The notes under the pieces were generated by a model. The model had not been told where the DNA came from. It saw only the letters and a list, made by a program, of their open reading frames with translations, and did not search any database. Positions 24,596 to 34,244 of a stretch of 39,090 nucleotides of DNA are shown here, piece by piece. Both the position numbers and the translations under genes were made by a program. This stretch comes from a virus. How positions within the stretch are numbered: position 1 is the stretch's first letter; the number at the start of each line of letters is the position of its first letter. The DNA is taken from the IMG/VR virus record IMGVR_UViG_3300025117_000020. One strand, 5' to 3'.

Positions 24596-26896
24596 TTAAT
24601 TTGCGAATGAGTGATTCATAAGTTCTCGAATAATTGGATCGCCAATTTTTGCAACTATATCAGCATCATCCAAAACCATAGGATTATTGATGTTGATTGT
24701 GATTCCGCCACCTCGCATTGTAGATTCATATTCTCTATTTTGTGCTACTGTCAAGACTCTCTCCCCCGGAGTAAGCATAGCCGGAACAGTGTCAGTCCCT
24801 TTTGCCTCCCATCCATTCGAAGCATATACGACACCTCCACCAGCGTAACCAGTTGTAGATACTTTACTTGTATTGATTGAAGCATACGCCTCATTCAATG
24901 CGTCTATTTGAGCCTTTGTAGTATCAACAAATGCTTGCGTTGCCGCCGCTCTAGTATCTAAGAATAACTGATAAGCAGTATTCGCACTGTTTTGAGTCTT
25001 CGTAATGTTATCCCACATCGTTTGAGTGATAAGTTCGATTTTAACACGAGCCTCCTCATAGGCGAGTTTCTTATCGGCTAATTGCAACATTTCTTCCTCG
25101 TAAGCGTCAATCGATGCTTGGCGTTCCTCATAGAAATTAGAAACAGCCTGCTCCAAATCAGTCATACTATTATACTGTCTAACCGCAGAAACCTCGTTAC
25201 TCAATGCCTCAATCATCTGGGCATTGGCAGTGTAAGCCGCAACCTCGGCGTCAAGTTCCGCCTGCAATTCCGCCATAGTTTCGACTGCTGAATCTATGAC
25301 ATCTTGGTCTTTGTCTTCCGCCGACTTCGCCATCTCCTCGTTAATTAGCGCTTGCTGTTCAGCGATATCCGCGGCTAGACTCGTTTGTTTTTCTTCCGAT
25401 TCAACTATCGCCGCCGCTAAATCTTCATTCTGCGATTGAGTTTCCTCTTGGAATTGCGCAGTCAATTCCGCCATTTCAGCACTCACATCGGCAATTGATT
25501 CCTCAATATCAGCCATCGCTGACGAAAAAGAATCATTTAAATCCTCCATCTTATCCGTACCTGTTTTTTGTAAATCAACAAATCCCTTTTCCAAATCAGA
25601 TAAATCAGTAGAAAGGTCTTTTGTTTTTTCGCTTGCTCCTGAAGCATCACTTGAATAACCGCCATAGCTAGACCCGACACCACCAATTGCCGCCGCCGCC
25701 TCATTCGCTTCTGTGATTATATCTTCGGCAGTAGAATTCCATGTTGAAAAAGAGTCTGCGATGTCTTGAAAATCACCCTTGACACTTTCACTTGCCGCAT
25801 GAGCCACATCTCCCAAAGTTACTGAATCACTCCTTATAGCTTCAATTGTACCACCTACCACCGTGCCTAGCGTGCCAGCAGTTAGTTGAGTTATTTCTCT
25901 TGCTGTAACTAAAAAAGTCATCGCACCTTGCGCGGCTTTAATAGCCGCATACGCAAAAGATCCGAGAAATGTCGCCAATGAACTGACTGATGGCACGGCA
26001 TTCAAAACCTCTGTTGTCAATACGCTTATTTCGTAAGATAGCCTCCCAACTTCTGGTCTAAGTTCTCCCTCTGAAGTATAAAAGACACTACTTAAAGCCG
26101 AAGCATTATCTATAAAAGCCTCATTCACTAAGTTTACCGAAGGCAGTAGCAAATTACCAATTGATTCATACATATTATCAATTGCATTTTTCGCTATCTT
26201 TGAACTCGAAGCCATATTTTTAGCACCATCGCCGTACTTATTTGTTAATAATTCCAGTATTTTTGTTTGCGCACCAGTTACATCTCCGAGTTCCACCATT
26301 GTTTCAATCTCATCTTTTTCTTGATCGGTTAGCATCACTCCTGCTGACTTTAAAGCCATTGTCGCATTAGTTGGCGATTCCAATGCCTTACCAACAGCCC
26401 ATGCCGCTGACGACAAATCAGTACCAAGGATTGAAGCCATATCCATAGCGGCTTGTGTAGCCTGTGGGAATATATCTTTACCGATATTTGTGAATGTCAA
26501 AATTAAAGATTCCGCAGATAGAATTTCTTCATCCGTATAATTAGTAACCATCGACATAGCATTTGCAAAATCCATAGCTGATTCTGCTGTCACTCCTGCT
26601 ATGCCACCAGTAGCCTCTAACACGGCATTAAACCTCTCTTGCTCAATAGCAGACTCGCGAGCGGCATCTATTGCCGTAACTCCAAAATCATAAATTGCAG
26701 AAGCTATTTTTTTTGCGACATCAACTGCTAATTCTAAAGCCTGATTCCATAATGCTGTATTCAATGCTAAATTCGACAAACTGTTTGCAGTTGCTTCCGA
26801 TTCCTTCCCCATTTCTTCCATACCCTTATTTATACTTTCAATTTTTGCAGTAGCTTCGTCTTTCACGGCTACAATAATATCTAGATTTTCTGCCAT
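24596..26896 (-). CDS. Tape measure protein
   Basis: 766 aa, Ala/Glu/Leu-rich and helical, directly downstream of the G/GT chaperone pair. Confidence 0.85.
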   Translation of the reverse strand: MAENLDIIVAVKDEATAKIESINKGMEEMGKESEATANSLSNLALNTALWNQALELAVDVAKKIASAIYDFGVTAIDAARESAIEQERFNAVLEATGGIAGVTAESAMDFANAMSMVTNYTDEEILSAESLILTFTNIGKDIFPQATQAAMDMASILGTDLSSAAWAVGKALESPTNATMALKSAGVMLTDQEKDEIETMVELGDVTGAQTKILELLTNKYGDGAKNMASSSKIAKNAIDNMYESIGNLLLPSVNLVNEAFIDNASALSSVFYTSEGELRPEVGRLSYEISVLTTEVLNAVPSVSSLATFLGSFAYAAIKAAQGAMTFLVTAREITQLTAGTLGTVVGGTIEAIRSDSVTLGDVAHAASESVKGDFQDIADSFSTWNSTAEDIITEANEAAAAIGGVGSSYGGYSSDASGASEKTKDLSTDLSDLEKGFVDLQKTGTDKMEDLNDSFSSAMADIEESIADVSAEMAELTAQFQEETQSQNEDLAAAIVESEEKQTSLAADIAEQQALINEEMAKSAEDKDQDVIDSAVETMAELQAELDAEVAAYTANAQMIEALSNEVSAVRQYNSMTDLEQAVSNFYEERQASIDAYEEEMLQLADKKLAYEEARVKIELITQTMWDNITKTQNSANTAYQLFLDTRAAATQAFVDTTKAQIDALNEAYASINTSKVSTTGYAGGGVVYASNGWEAKGTDTVPAMLTPGERVLTVAQNREYESTMRGGGITININNPMVLDDADIVAKIGDPIIRELMNHSFAN

Positions 26897-26902
26897 TTTA
26901 TA

Positions 26903-27453
26903 TTATTTACGGAATTGAGGAGTTGAGTTTTTACTTTTATTCTTTTTCAGTCCAGCATCTATTGAATCCATGTAGAGGAATGTGTTTAAAACATATTCAT
27001 CCTGCTCATCTAGTTGCGCTGGAGTCCATCCGAACTTTTCACAGAATTTCATATCTATCCATTCCTGTGGCGCTGGGTGATTCTTTGGATAATTAAGGAA
27101 TTTCTTTAAATCACCCTCTAGGCGTTTGGGATTTTCTTGCTTGTTATTTTATTTATAGCTTTATATAACTCATCAAAATCATCTGCGAGCATGGTATCGC
27201 CATTTAAAAATTCTTCTGTTGGCTTCACGATAGATCCATCAAGTAAAGTAAAGTGGTCAACCATATTTATAATAGCCGCTTCTTCCCCTTTGCCTTGCGA
27301 AGTCATCTTGAATCCTTTTGCGACATATCTTTTTTTAGTATCATCCATCTCCCAAATAACATCGTCATATGTAGCCTCACTTATAAGTTTTTTAGCTTTA
27401 TGCGTGAGGAAATCTTTGATTGTTGCAGTTCCGATTGATAATTTGACTTCCAT
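26903..27453 (-). CDS. Tail assembly chaperone frameshift product (gpGT-like, -1 PRF)
   Basis: The -1 frame opens just before the CCCAAAC site. It continues for about 70 codons (...PKRLEGDLKKFLNYPKNHPAPQEWIDMKFCEKFGWTPAQLDEQDEYVLNTFLYMDSIDAGLKKNK...) to a TAA at 26905..26903, a few nt before the tape measure ATG. Confidence 0.65.
27118..27453 (-). CDS. Tail assembly chaperone (gpG-like)
   Basis: 111 aa, lying between the major tail and tape measure genes. A slippery heptamer sits just before its stop. Confidence 0.75.
   Translation of the reverse strand: MEVKLSIGTATIKDFLTHKAKKLISEATYDDVIWEMDDTKKRYVAKGFKMTSQGKGEEAAIINMVDHFTLLDGSIVKPTEEFLNGDTMLADDFDELYKAINKITSKKIPNA
27124..27130 (-). promoter_or_regulatory. 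-1 programmed frameshift slippery heptamer C_CCA_AAC
   Basis: The plus strand reads gtttggg, so the coding strand reads CCCAAAC. It is in the X_XXY_YYZ register relative to the gpG frame (ATC CCA AAC GCC TAG). Confidence 0.65.
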
Positions 27454-27481
27454 TTTGCGTGTGTTTTAAGAATTAAATACA

Positions 27482-27532
27482 GGTGTGTTTCTATAGAGGG
27501 GAGTAAGGAACACACCGAAACCCTACTCCCCT
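27482..27532 (-). terminator. Two interleaved G+C-rich stems after the major tail gene (terminator/attenuator-like)
   Basis: Stem 1 pairs 27482-27489 with 27509-27516 (8 bp). Stem 2 pairs 27497-27505 with 27524-27532 (9 bp, extendable by 2 bp past a mismatch). Each 3' arm lies in the loop of the other stem. No clear U-tract follows. Confidence 0.4.
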
Positions 27533-27543
27533 TATGCTTAAAT

Positions 27544-29067
27544 TTAATAAGCCGCAGTAATGTTTCTTAGCATAACTTGGATCTCTCTCTTGTCGCTTGT
27601 GTCTCTGTAAGCCGTGAAGCTGATCTCCTCATTACAGATTGCGTCCTCTGAAAGGTTTGCATTGAATGGCTGGAATCTGCAGTCCGGCATATCGAACCTT
27701 AATTTCTCAACCTCGTTTGCATCTCTACCACCGGAGAATGCGATCTTGTTCGGATTGTCAGTTGTCGTTACATTGCCAGCACCAGTTGAAGTTGCACTAA
27801 CACCTGTGAGCGCCGTAATCGCAGAAGCAACTGTCGCGACTGCATTGTTGGCAGGCGTAGCATCGAGAGTGACTGTTATCAGTTTACCAGATACTGCTGC
27901 CGCTAATGGAGTCGTACCCTGCACAAACTCAACAGCCCAATCGTTGCCAGCTTCACCCACAGCATCAACCGTAACCGTGATTGTACCAACGCCATCGCTT
28001 TCAATCGTGCCAGTAGCGGCGGCGGCGACATTAGTATCAAGCGTTGCTCCGCAGAACTCGAATCTAATTGCTGTCTGCTCCATCTGTCTTAACACATCAA
28101 GGTTTAATGGATTGACATAGAAGTTCGAGAATGTTCCCGTAACCTCAACGCCTTTAACCAAGATATTGGAAGGCATTCTATCAACAACATCACATCCCGT
28201 TGCCGCCCATCTTGCCTCAAGGTCATTCTTGATTGACAATTTGAAGTCTTCACAGTTCGTAACTGTTGATAGGTTTTGCATCCCGTCAGCTCCGTTGTAC
28301 ATATAAACCGAAGCGCCTCCCGAGAAAATCAATTCGTTACTTAAGCTGTAAGTTGGAGTCTGTTTCTTGATGACGGCAATATCACCAACCTCGATACTCA
28401 CGCCGATCGTAGAAACAACAAGGACTGTTTCACTTGTGACTGTTGTGACTGTAAGTTCGCAAAGCTCTGTTGTTGGATTATCCTTGTCTAGGATTATGAT
28501 CGTGTCGCTACCTGCTACAAGTCCGGAAGTCTGGTCTAAAACAAGAGCCGTGCCACCGGAAGCGGCTGTTGTAACTCTTGCGTTTTGGAATACCTTTTGA
28601 GCTGAAAGTGCGATTGCCGCTTGCAATTTATTATCTGCAATCGAAAAATCAATACCAGCAACTCTCGTTCCAATAAATCTCTGTACATAAGAACTACCTG
28701 CTATAGGTATATCCATCGTATAGGTTTTGAGCGTAGTCGCTGGCGAGAACTTATGCTGATAAGATACTGAAGCTAATAGCGTGGTATCTGTCGCTACACC
28801 GAAAACGCCAGTTAACCAGTGACCTAATGTCTTTGGCTCTGCAAGAACTGTTACTGAACCATTGAACGGCCCGACTTTGTTCTTGATAGGTCTAAGATTT
28901 TTCGACCTATTCCCTGCTATTGTATTCGCAGGCGTGAAATCCCAATTAGAAACCATACTCTCTGAAAGAAGCTCGTGCGCTACATTAGGATAAAGCGCCG
29001 TGCCTGCTGTCGATTCCTTGATAGTCATCAAGTACGCCAGTTTCGAGTATTTTGTTGCGTCAGACAT
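27544..29067 (-). CDS. Major tail (tube) protein with extended C-terminal/inserted domain
   Basis: 507 aa, directly upstream of the G/GT chaperones. No separate sheath gene exists. The region ...TITVTVDAVGEAGNDWAVEFVQG...KLITVTLDATPANN... looks Ig-like. Confidence 0.6.
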   Translation of the reverse strand: MSDATKYSKLAYLMTIKESTAGTALYPNVAHELLSESMVSNWDFTPANTIAGNRSKNLRPIKNKVGPFNGSVTVLAEPKTLGHWLTGVFGVATDTTLLASVSYQHKFSPATTLKTYTMDIPIAGSSYVQRFIGTRVAGIDFSIADNKLQAAIALSAQKVFQNARVTTAASGGTALVLDQTSGLVAGSDTIIILDKDNPTTELCELTVTTVTSETVLVVSTIGVSIEVGDIAVIKKQTPTYSLSNELIFSGGASVYMYNGADGMQNLSTVTNCEDFKLSIKNDLEARWAATGCDVVDRMPSNILVKGVEVTGTFSNFYVNPLNLDVLRQMEQTAIRFEFCGATLDTNVAAAATGTIESDGVGTITVTVDAVGEAGNDWAVEFVQGTTPLAAAVSGKLITVTLDATPANNAVATVASAITALTGVSATSTGAGNVTTTDNPNKIAFSGGRDANEVEKLRFDMPDCRFQPFNANLSEDAICNEEISFTAYRDTSDKREIQVMLRNITAAY

Positions 29068-29091
29068 CTTTGAATTTGGTTATAGAATAAA

Positions 29092-29229
29092 TTATTTTGT
29101 CTTTTTGATTTTCTTCTCCATCGGTTGAATCATAATGTCATCCTCGACACTAGGATTGTCATATACTACCGAGGCGACTTCTGTGCCATCCGGCAATACC
29201 GATTTTTCAATGTGGTATTTTCTATCCAT
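29092..29229 (-). CDS. Small hypothetical protein (45 aa)
   Basis: MDRKYHIEKSVLPDGTEVASVVYDNPSVEDDIMIQPMEKKIKKTK. An internal Met was chosen to avoid a 68-nt overlap with the upstream gene. Confidence 0.3.
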   Translation of the reverse strand: MDRKYHIEKSVLPDGTEVASVVYDNPSVEDDIMIQPMEKKIKKTK

Positions 29230-29254
29230 TGGATTATTGTTAATGATTAAATTA

Positions 29255-29734
29255 CTATGTTCGATTTGGGCGGTCGTAAGCCGTGAAGGTAACTGTTGCT
29301 CTGCCTTTCTTGCCTCCTTCATCTAGGTATGTACTGTATTCAACATTCAAGTTGTCTATGTATAAAACCTTTGAGCTTGCCGTAAGATTGTTATTTAAGA
29401 TTCCGAATACTGTCGGAGCTTTCGCATCACCATCGCTTTCTCTTTCTTCAACTAAGTCAACTAATTTCTCCAATACATCTAATTGCGAACCTTGACCAGC
29501 CGACATATCCCAATATGTCTTTGCATTGATTACGACCTCAACCACGATGTCGTACTCCGCCTGATCACGGACTGTACCGCTTCTCTTTTGACGAGTTGCT
29601 TTAGGATAGACTTGTAGCATTGGCATATCCGCCTCTGCTATAGCGTCCTGCTTGCCTTTAAAGTAAGTCGTGAAAGGAATAGTGGTAAAGCCTGTCGTAA
29701 AGATTGTGATAAGTGAGTCTATAATTTCATTCAT
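29255..29734 (-). CDS. Tail terminator / tail completion protein (by position)
   Basis: 159 aa, last neck gene before the major tail gene. ATGA overlap with the upstream gene. Confidence 0.4.
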   Translation of the reverse strand: MNEIIDSLITIFTTGFTTIPFTTYFKGKQDAIAEADMPMLQVYPKATRQKRSGTVRDQAEYDIVVEVVINAKTYWDMSAGQGSQLDVLEKLVDLVEERESDGDAKAPTVFGILNNNLTASSKVLYIDNLNVEYSTYLDEGGKKGRATVTFTAYDRPNRT

Positions 29735-30177
29735 GAGAGCGCTGATTTAACGAACTTTCTGAATACTTCGATTATGTTCTGCTTGAGATTCTCATTATTG
29801 AGAGTAAGCATTGTGCGTTTAGGATTCCTACCCATACCGATTTGATGATATTTATAGTAGTCAACTCCTTTGCTTGCGACTGTAACCTTGAACCGGTCTA
29901 CTACTTTACTGAAACTGTTTTTCAATTTTCCTGTTCGCTCGAGGATTCCTTTCATCCCATATCCGAGCCTTGTCTTCTGTGCGAGCGTACCTGCTGTGAG
30001 TGGTTGCCATGCTCCCGTGAGCCTTGTACCTTCTGTCGAGAACTGCTTGTCTATCTCACTCACGACTAGCGTTCCTGTATCTGTTAGAGGCTGTCTTGCG
30101 TTCCCGATTGTAGCGATTGCCTTATCGAGTTTCGCTATAACTCTTTTATCTCCATCGATTGTAAGTCCGAATTGCAT
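29731..30177 (-). CDS. Mu gpG-like virion morphogenesis (neck) protein
   Basis: ...GTRLTGAWQPLTAGTLAQKTRLGYGMKGILERTGKLKNSF... resembles the phage virion morphogenesis family. Confidence 0.55.
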   Translation of the reverse strand: MQFGLTIDGDKRVIAKLDKAIATIGNARQPLTDTGTLVVSEIDKQFSTEGTRLTGAWQPLTAGTLAQKTRLGYGMKGILERTGKLKNSFSKVVDRFKVTVASKGVDYYKYHQIGMGRNPKRTMLTLNNENLKQNIIEVFRKFVKSALS

Positions 30178-30923
30178 TAAAATTTCTTGTTCATAGTAAA
30201 TACTCTTTCAACATCTTCACCATTATCATCAACCGAACCGGTAGTAGGGAAGAATCGTAGTCGCTGTGTTGTTGACCCAGCCAATTCTGTATCTGAAAAG
30301 TCTAACAACTTATCCTTTTTGTCCTGTATTCTCTTTAGAAATTCATCAGCACTTGCCAATCTCTTAAAACCATCCTTGTCATTATTTTGCGTTTCAGCAC
30401 CGTACTCCGCTATGAATAAGTAAGCCGTTGCAATCTCTACCGCCAAGCCGTCAAGCATTGGTATTGCGACCTCGCTAACCGTTCCGCCTGTTGCTGTTAT
30501 ACCGGAAACTGTTTGAGGATCTGTTGATGTTATCGTTACATCAGTCGAATCTTCGGTCTGGTCGTTATTATGAATCGTTACGGTAGCACCCGAACCCAAC
30601 CCATCAGTGACGAAATTAGTAGCCGAACCTGCCGCAGTCCGGAATAAATCAGCCGCCTGTGAAGCCGTCTTGCCGACCGACATCGTGACTGTATAAGCAA
30701 CACCACCAACAGTCAGAGTCATTACGCTCGTACCATTTCCAGTACCAGAGAAGACTATTGTATTCTCGTAGAATTTCGGCAAAGGAAGCGCGTACACATC
30801 GCCAATATAACTTTTGATATGATTCTCCGCCCTCGTGATTTGATTCGCTATAAAAGCATCTGTGATATTCGTATTATTAACGAACCCTGCGTATTGCCTA
30901 ACTTTCGTGACTGTTGTGAACAT
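30177..30923 (-). CDS. Head-tail connector (gp6-like) with inserted beta-rich domain
   Basis: The N-terminus VTKVRQYAGF...ITDAFIANQITRAENHIKSYIGDVY is gp6-connector-like. The central ~100 aa (TLTVGGVAYTVTMSVGK...TVTIHNN...) look like an insertion. Confidence 0.5.
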   Translation of the reverse strand: MFTTVTKVRQYAGFVNNTNITDAFIANQITRAENHIKSYIGDVYALPLPKFYENTIVFSGTGNGTSVMTLTVGGVAYTVTMSVGKTASQAADLFRTAAGSATNFVTDGLGSGATVTIHNNDQTEDSTDVTITSTDPQTVSGITATGGTVSEVAIPMLDGLAVEIATAYLFIAEYGAETQNNDKDGFKRLASADEFLKRIQDKKDKLLDFSDTELAGSTTQRLRFFPTTGSVDDNGEDVERVFTMNKKF

Positions 30924-30934
30924 AAGAATTAGAA

Positions 30935-31702
30935 TTAAGAAACTGGAACTCTGTGAGTAGCCGCCGCTCTGTTTGTAGCCGCTACTCTGTTTGCCGAAGC
31001 CATCCTTGCCTTAAAAGCAGTATCCGTAGACCAAGTAGCACCCGCGATTACCCCATTTCTTCCATTGCCACTCGTATCGGCCAACGTAGCCCCCGAACCT
31101 TCCGTGAACAGCCATTCGCCTTGTAAATTATCTCTTGGCACAACACCATGCCGATATAAATTTGTCACTTCCGTTGGCGTTAGAACGTCGCTCCAAATCC
31201 AACTTGCACCGATCTTCCCCGACCAATTAGTTACAGGATTGTTTGCTGCCAATTGGCAGCCTATCATCACTCGTCTATCATTTTGATGGATTGTAGTAAT
31301 TGCCGCGTCGGAAGTTTTAACAGGCGTAATCTCAACTCCATCAATAAATAATTTAAGCGTTCCGCTATTCCATGTAAAACCTATCATTTGCCAAATATTA
31401 GTATCAATTCTATTCGGACTATCATATACTTTCCAGTTAGTGATACCGCCATCTTGAGATACAATTACTCTAAACTTATAGGCATTGACAAGTACAGTCC
31501 AAGCTCGTTTCGTTACGCCGTAATCAAACTTTGACATTGAGCATCCTGCTGCAAATCCATACGGTACTCTAACCCATTGCATGACACTTAAAGTCGCGCC
31601 AGCTCCACCGCTAGGCTCAAAGTTAGAGATAGCGATAGATTGTGAACCTGTGCCGTTTATATGAATTGAATTTATAAATGGTCGTACCGCTAGTCTTGAC
31701 AT
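30935..31702 (-). CDS. LamG/concanavalin-A-like lectin domain protein
   Basis: WQMIGFTWNSGTLKLFIDGVEI ... IGASWIWSDVLTPTEVTNLY form a LamG core. It is followed by LQGEWLFTEGSGATLADTSGNGRNGVIAGATW, the typical opening of a second LamG module that is then cut short. Confidence 0.65.
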   Translation of the reverse strand: MSRLAVRPFINSIHINGTGSQSIAISNFEPSGGAGATLSVMQWVRVPYGFAAGCSMSKFDYGVTKRAWTVLVNAYKFRVIVSQDGGITNWKVYDSPNRIDTNIWQMIGFTWNSGTLKLFIDGVEITPVKTSDAAITTIHQNDRRVMIGCQLAANNPVTNWSGKIGASWIWSDVLTPTEVTNLYRHGVVPRDNLQGEWLFTEGSGATLADTSGNGRNGVIAGATWSTDTAFKARMASANRVAATNRAAATHRVPVS

Positions 31703-31704
31703 AA

Positions 31705-32007
31705 TTATAGATGGTTAATTTCTTCGAGTCCTATGCTTGTCAAACTGGAATTTAACGCCTCTAAATCTTTGCTCTCTCGCGCCTCGTAAACTTTTGCGAG
31801 ATTCCTGAAAAAAGATTCGAGCAATTTATCTCCTGTTAATTCGCTCGATTTTATATAATCCGAATGGATTACGCCCTCCGAGAACCCAAAACCACTATTG
31901 CTACCCAGCGAAATAAAGAAACCACTAAAACCAATCGAGCCATCATCGTTATCCCAAACGTCTTGTATTGTGACTTGCGACTTGTCGAATTTGTAAGAGT
32001 ATTCCAT
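31705..32007 (-). CDS. Hypothetical acidic protein
   Basis: 100 aa, tightly packed between neighbours. Confidence 0.55.
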   Translation of the reverse strand: MEYSYKFDKSQVTIQDVWDNDDGSIGFSGFFISLGSNSGFGFSEGVIHSDYIKSSELTGDKLLESFFRNLAKVYEARESKDLEALNSSLTSIGLEEINHL

Positions 32008-32008
32008 A

Positions 32009-32788
32009 TTAAGCTGAAGTTACGCTGCTGGCTGTTGATAATCTCTTCCATTCACACATAAGGTCCAAAGCTCCTGCCGTAATATCATCAGCACTTCTTG
32101 TTAGATAAATGTTTGCGTTATTTACTAATATCCATCCACTTGGTATCGCACAGGCATCATCTTCTGGATTGTTGTCGCACCAAGCGTCTCCGATAGCAAA
32201 GTCCGAATTATCAATAGTAGTCGCAGGTAAACATACGTCTGGGTCAGCCGTAGTACCAACCGATATTGTCGTCGTTCCTGATGTGGAAGTTATAGCTGTT
32301 GCCCCAACCGTGCCAAATATTCTAACCAATACCGCGCCCATTACCGTGAATACCACACCCGTATCATAACCCGTCATATTAGGAATCGCCTTAATAGCGG
32401 TATGTGTCAACTGAAGGTCGCTAATGAATCTGATGACTTCAGCCAAACTCACCCCGTCTGCCGCATTGGCTGGCATTGGGAAAGTCGGAATCCCGCCTTC
32501 GGCAAGCCAATCTTTAACCTGTTGAACCTGCTCTTCGTTATTTTTAAGTACGGACATTAAAGATGTGCCGACTTTTGTGTCACTCTTGTTACCGATAACA
32601 TCTGCTATAACCATATTATTAGCACTATCAGCGATTGGCAGATTAAGCCTATTGTTGATTCCTTTCGTCATTGCAACCAAAGATGTTCCAGCCGTTGTAT
32701 CGCTTTTTTTACCGATTACATCGGATGAAAATATATCGGAATTTGTGTCTTGCGTTGGAACTACTGGCTGTCCGTATGAACCACTCAT
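32009..32788 (-). CDS. Structural accessory protein with duplicated N-terminal motif
   Basis: DVIGKKSDTTAGTSLVAMTK and DVIGNKSDTKVGTSLMSVLK lie about 45 aa apart. The C-terminal beta domain ends ...TAGALDLMCEWKRL. Confidence 0.55.
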   Translation of the reverse strand: MSGSYGQPVVPTQDTNSDIFSSDVIGKKSDTTAGTSLVAMTKGINNRLNLPIADSANNMVIADVIGNKSDTKVGTSLMSVLKNNEEQVQQVKDWLAEGGIPTFPMPANAADGVSLAEVIRFISDLQLTHTAIKAIPNMTGYDTGVVFTVMGAVLVRIFGTVGATAITSTSGTTTISVGTTADPDVCLPATTIDNSDFAIGDAWCDNNPEDDACAIPSGWILVNNANIYLTRSADDITAGALDLMCEWKRLSTASSVTSA

Positions 32789-32815
32789 ATATTTATTTAT
32801 TAAAGAATAATACTT

Positions 32816-34198
32816 CTACTTAACTCCGAAAGATACCGTTAGGCCAACTGTCGGGTCGCCATTACCTGTTGGCGTTGTCGTACAAGCGTAAGTAGCCGCT
32901 GTCGCAAATGACATCGGGACATCGTAGTCCTCAATAGTGTTCCCCGTAGGCGGAACGTAAATCACATACTTTGGCGTTGTCGTACCGACTATCACCGAAC
33001 CTGTAGCCAAATCAAAGAGCTGAATAAATACTCCAGCGGCATTACTATTGTACGCATGAAGATGATACAGATTACAGGCTACGGTCTTGCAGGCCTGTGC
33101 CGTGTTATCGCCATCGGCATCAAATACGGTATCAAAGCCTGTGACTGTCGCACTTGCACCTATAATTGCAGTGACACTATCGTCCGTGGCGTTTAAGCCT
33201 GTCCCTAAAGAATTAAGAAGATTGCCACCGACATCTGCTTGCAATGTACCGCCCTTGCCTTCCGTTCGTGCTGTTGGCGTGGCATTATAGACAGCCCACG
33301 GCAAGGTATTTGCCATATTGGCGGCAGGAATAGCCGGAGTGACTGTGCCGCCCATTATACCTGCTTGCCCTGCAATCAGATTGACCTTCGCCCTATCAGA
33401 TTCATCCCAGTCGTCCATTATTTGTGCCGACGTTTTTATGTCAGCTAGGTTTCCGCCTGATTCTTTAGCTATTGTTGCCGTAGAATCCTGTCTGACATAA
33501 CCTCCGCCCGCGGCAGCCACCAACGGATCAGTATTTGTCTTGATCGTACCAGCACTTGTAGCTATATTCCCTGTGTCAGCATCTATCGTAGTGAGAATTG
33601 CATTGCCGGTAGTTTGAAGTGCCGCAGTCGCTAGTCCAGTTCCTGTCAACGATACACTCTCGATATTCGCATCCATTCTATAAAGAACGCTTGGAGTATC
33701 GAAGAGGATGCCAGCCAAAGTTTTAGCCGCACCATCCAGCGTAACCACAAATGACATATAACTCACCGAAGTCCAAGTCACGCCGTTACCTGTAACCGTA
33801 GTTGGAGATTTAATTTCGACATCGATTAAATTCCAGCCTGCCGATAATGAGGCGACTAGTGTTGTGTAGGTATTGCAGTGTGAAGCGCTTTGCCCGATAA
33901 CAAGCGATATGCTCGTGATGTCGGTAGTCGCTGAAACATAAGCCCAGTACCTCAAATGACCATCGTAATAATCGACGAGATTGAGTGCTGGAGATAAAGT
34001 TTTCGTAATTGAGCCGGCAACAACAGTTCCCAAACTCTTAGCAAACGAAATCGAGTTAGAACCTTCTTTGTGATTCGTAGATAGAGCGACCGCTGTAACA
34101 TCAGCCGAGCCAGCCCATCCAGTTATAGATTCGCAGTTTTCAAGTACGAATCTATCTTGCTTGACATACGCATAGGTGCGCCTCCTGTGTTGATCCAT
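32816..34198 (-). CDS. Structural accessory protein with CBM-like N-terminal domain
   Basis: 460 aa. The N-terminus ...FVLENCESITGWAGS...KEGSNSISF... looks like a galactose-binding/CBM-type jelly roll. The remainder is Thr/Ala/Gly-rich. Confidence 0.5.
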   Translation of the reverse strand: MDQHRRRTYAYVKQDRFVLENCESITGWAGSADVTAVALSTNHKEGSNSISFAKSLGTVVAGSITKTLSPALNLVDYYDGHLRYWAYVSATTDITSISLVIGQSASHCNTYTTLVASLSAGWNLIDVEIKSPTTVTGNGVTWTSVSYMSFVVTLDGAAKTLAGILFDTPSVLYRMDANIESVSLTGTGLATAALQTTGNAILTTIDADTGNIATSAGTIKTNTDPLVAAAGGGYVRQDSTATIAKESGGNLADIKTSAQIMDDWDESDRAKVNLIAGQAGIMGGTVTPAIPAANMANTLPWAVYNATPTARTEGKGGTLQADVGGNLLNSLGTGLNATDDSVTAIIGASATVTGFDTVFDADGDNTAQACKTVACNLYHLHAYNSNAAGVFIQLFDLATGSVIVGTTTPKYVIYVPPTGNTIEDYDVPMSFATAATYACTTTPTGNGDPTVGLTVSFGVK

Positions 34199-34244
34199 AA
34201 GTTTTTTAGGTTAGACAATCAGACAGTTATATAATGACCTTATG

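Noticed and set aside
27614-28120. 168-aa plus-strand ORF antisense to the major tail gene (similar cases at 34917..35468, 20570..20902 and 32109..32369)
   Set aside because: These long antisense frames arise from the Ala/Thr/Val/Gly-rich codon composition of the structural genes. They lie opposite to operon polarity and their products are low complexity.
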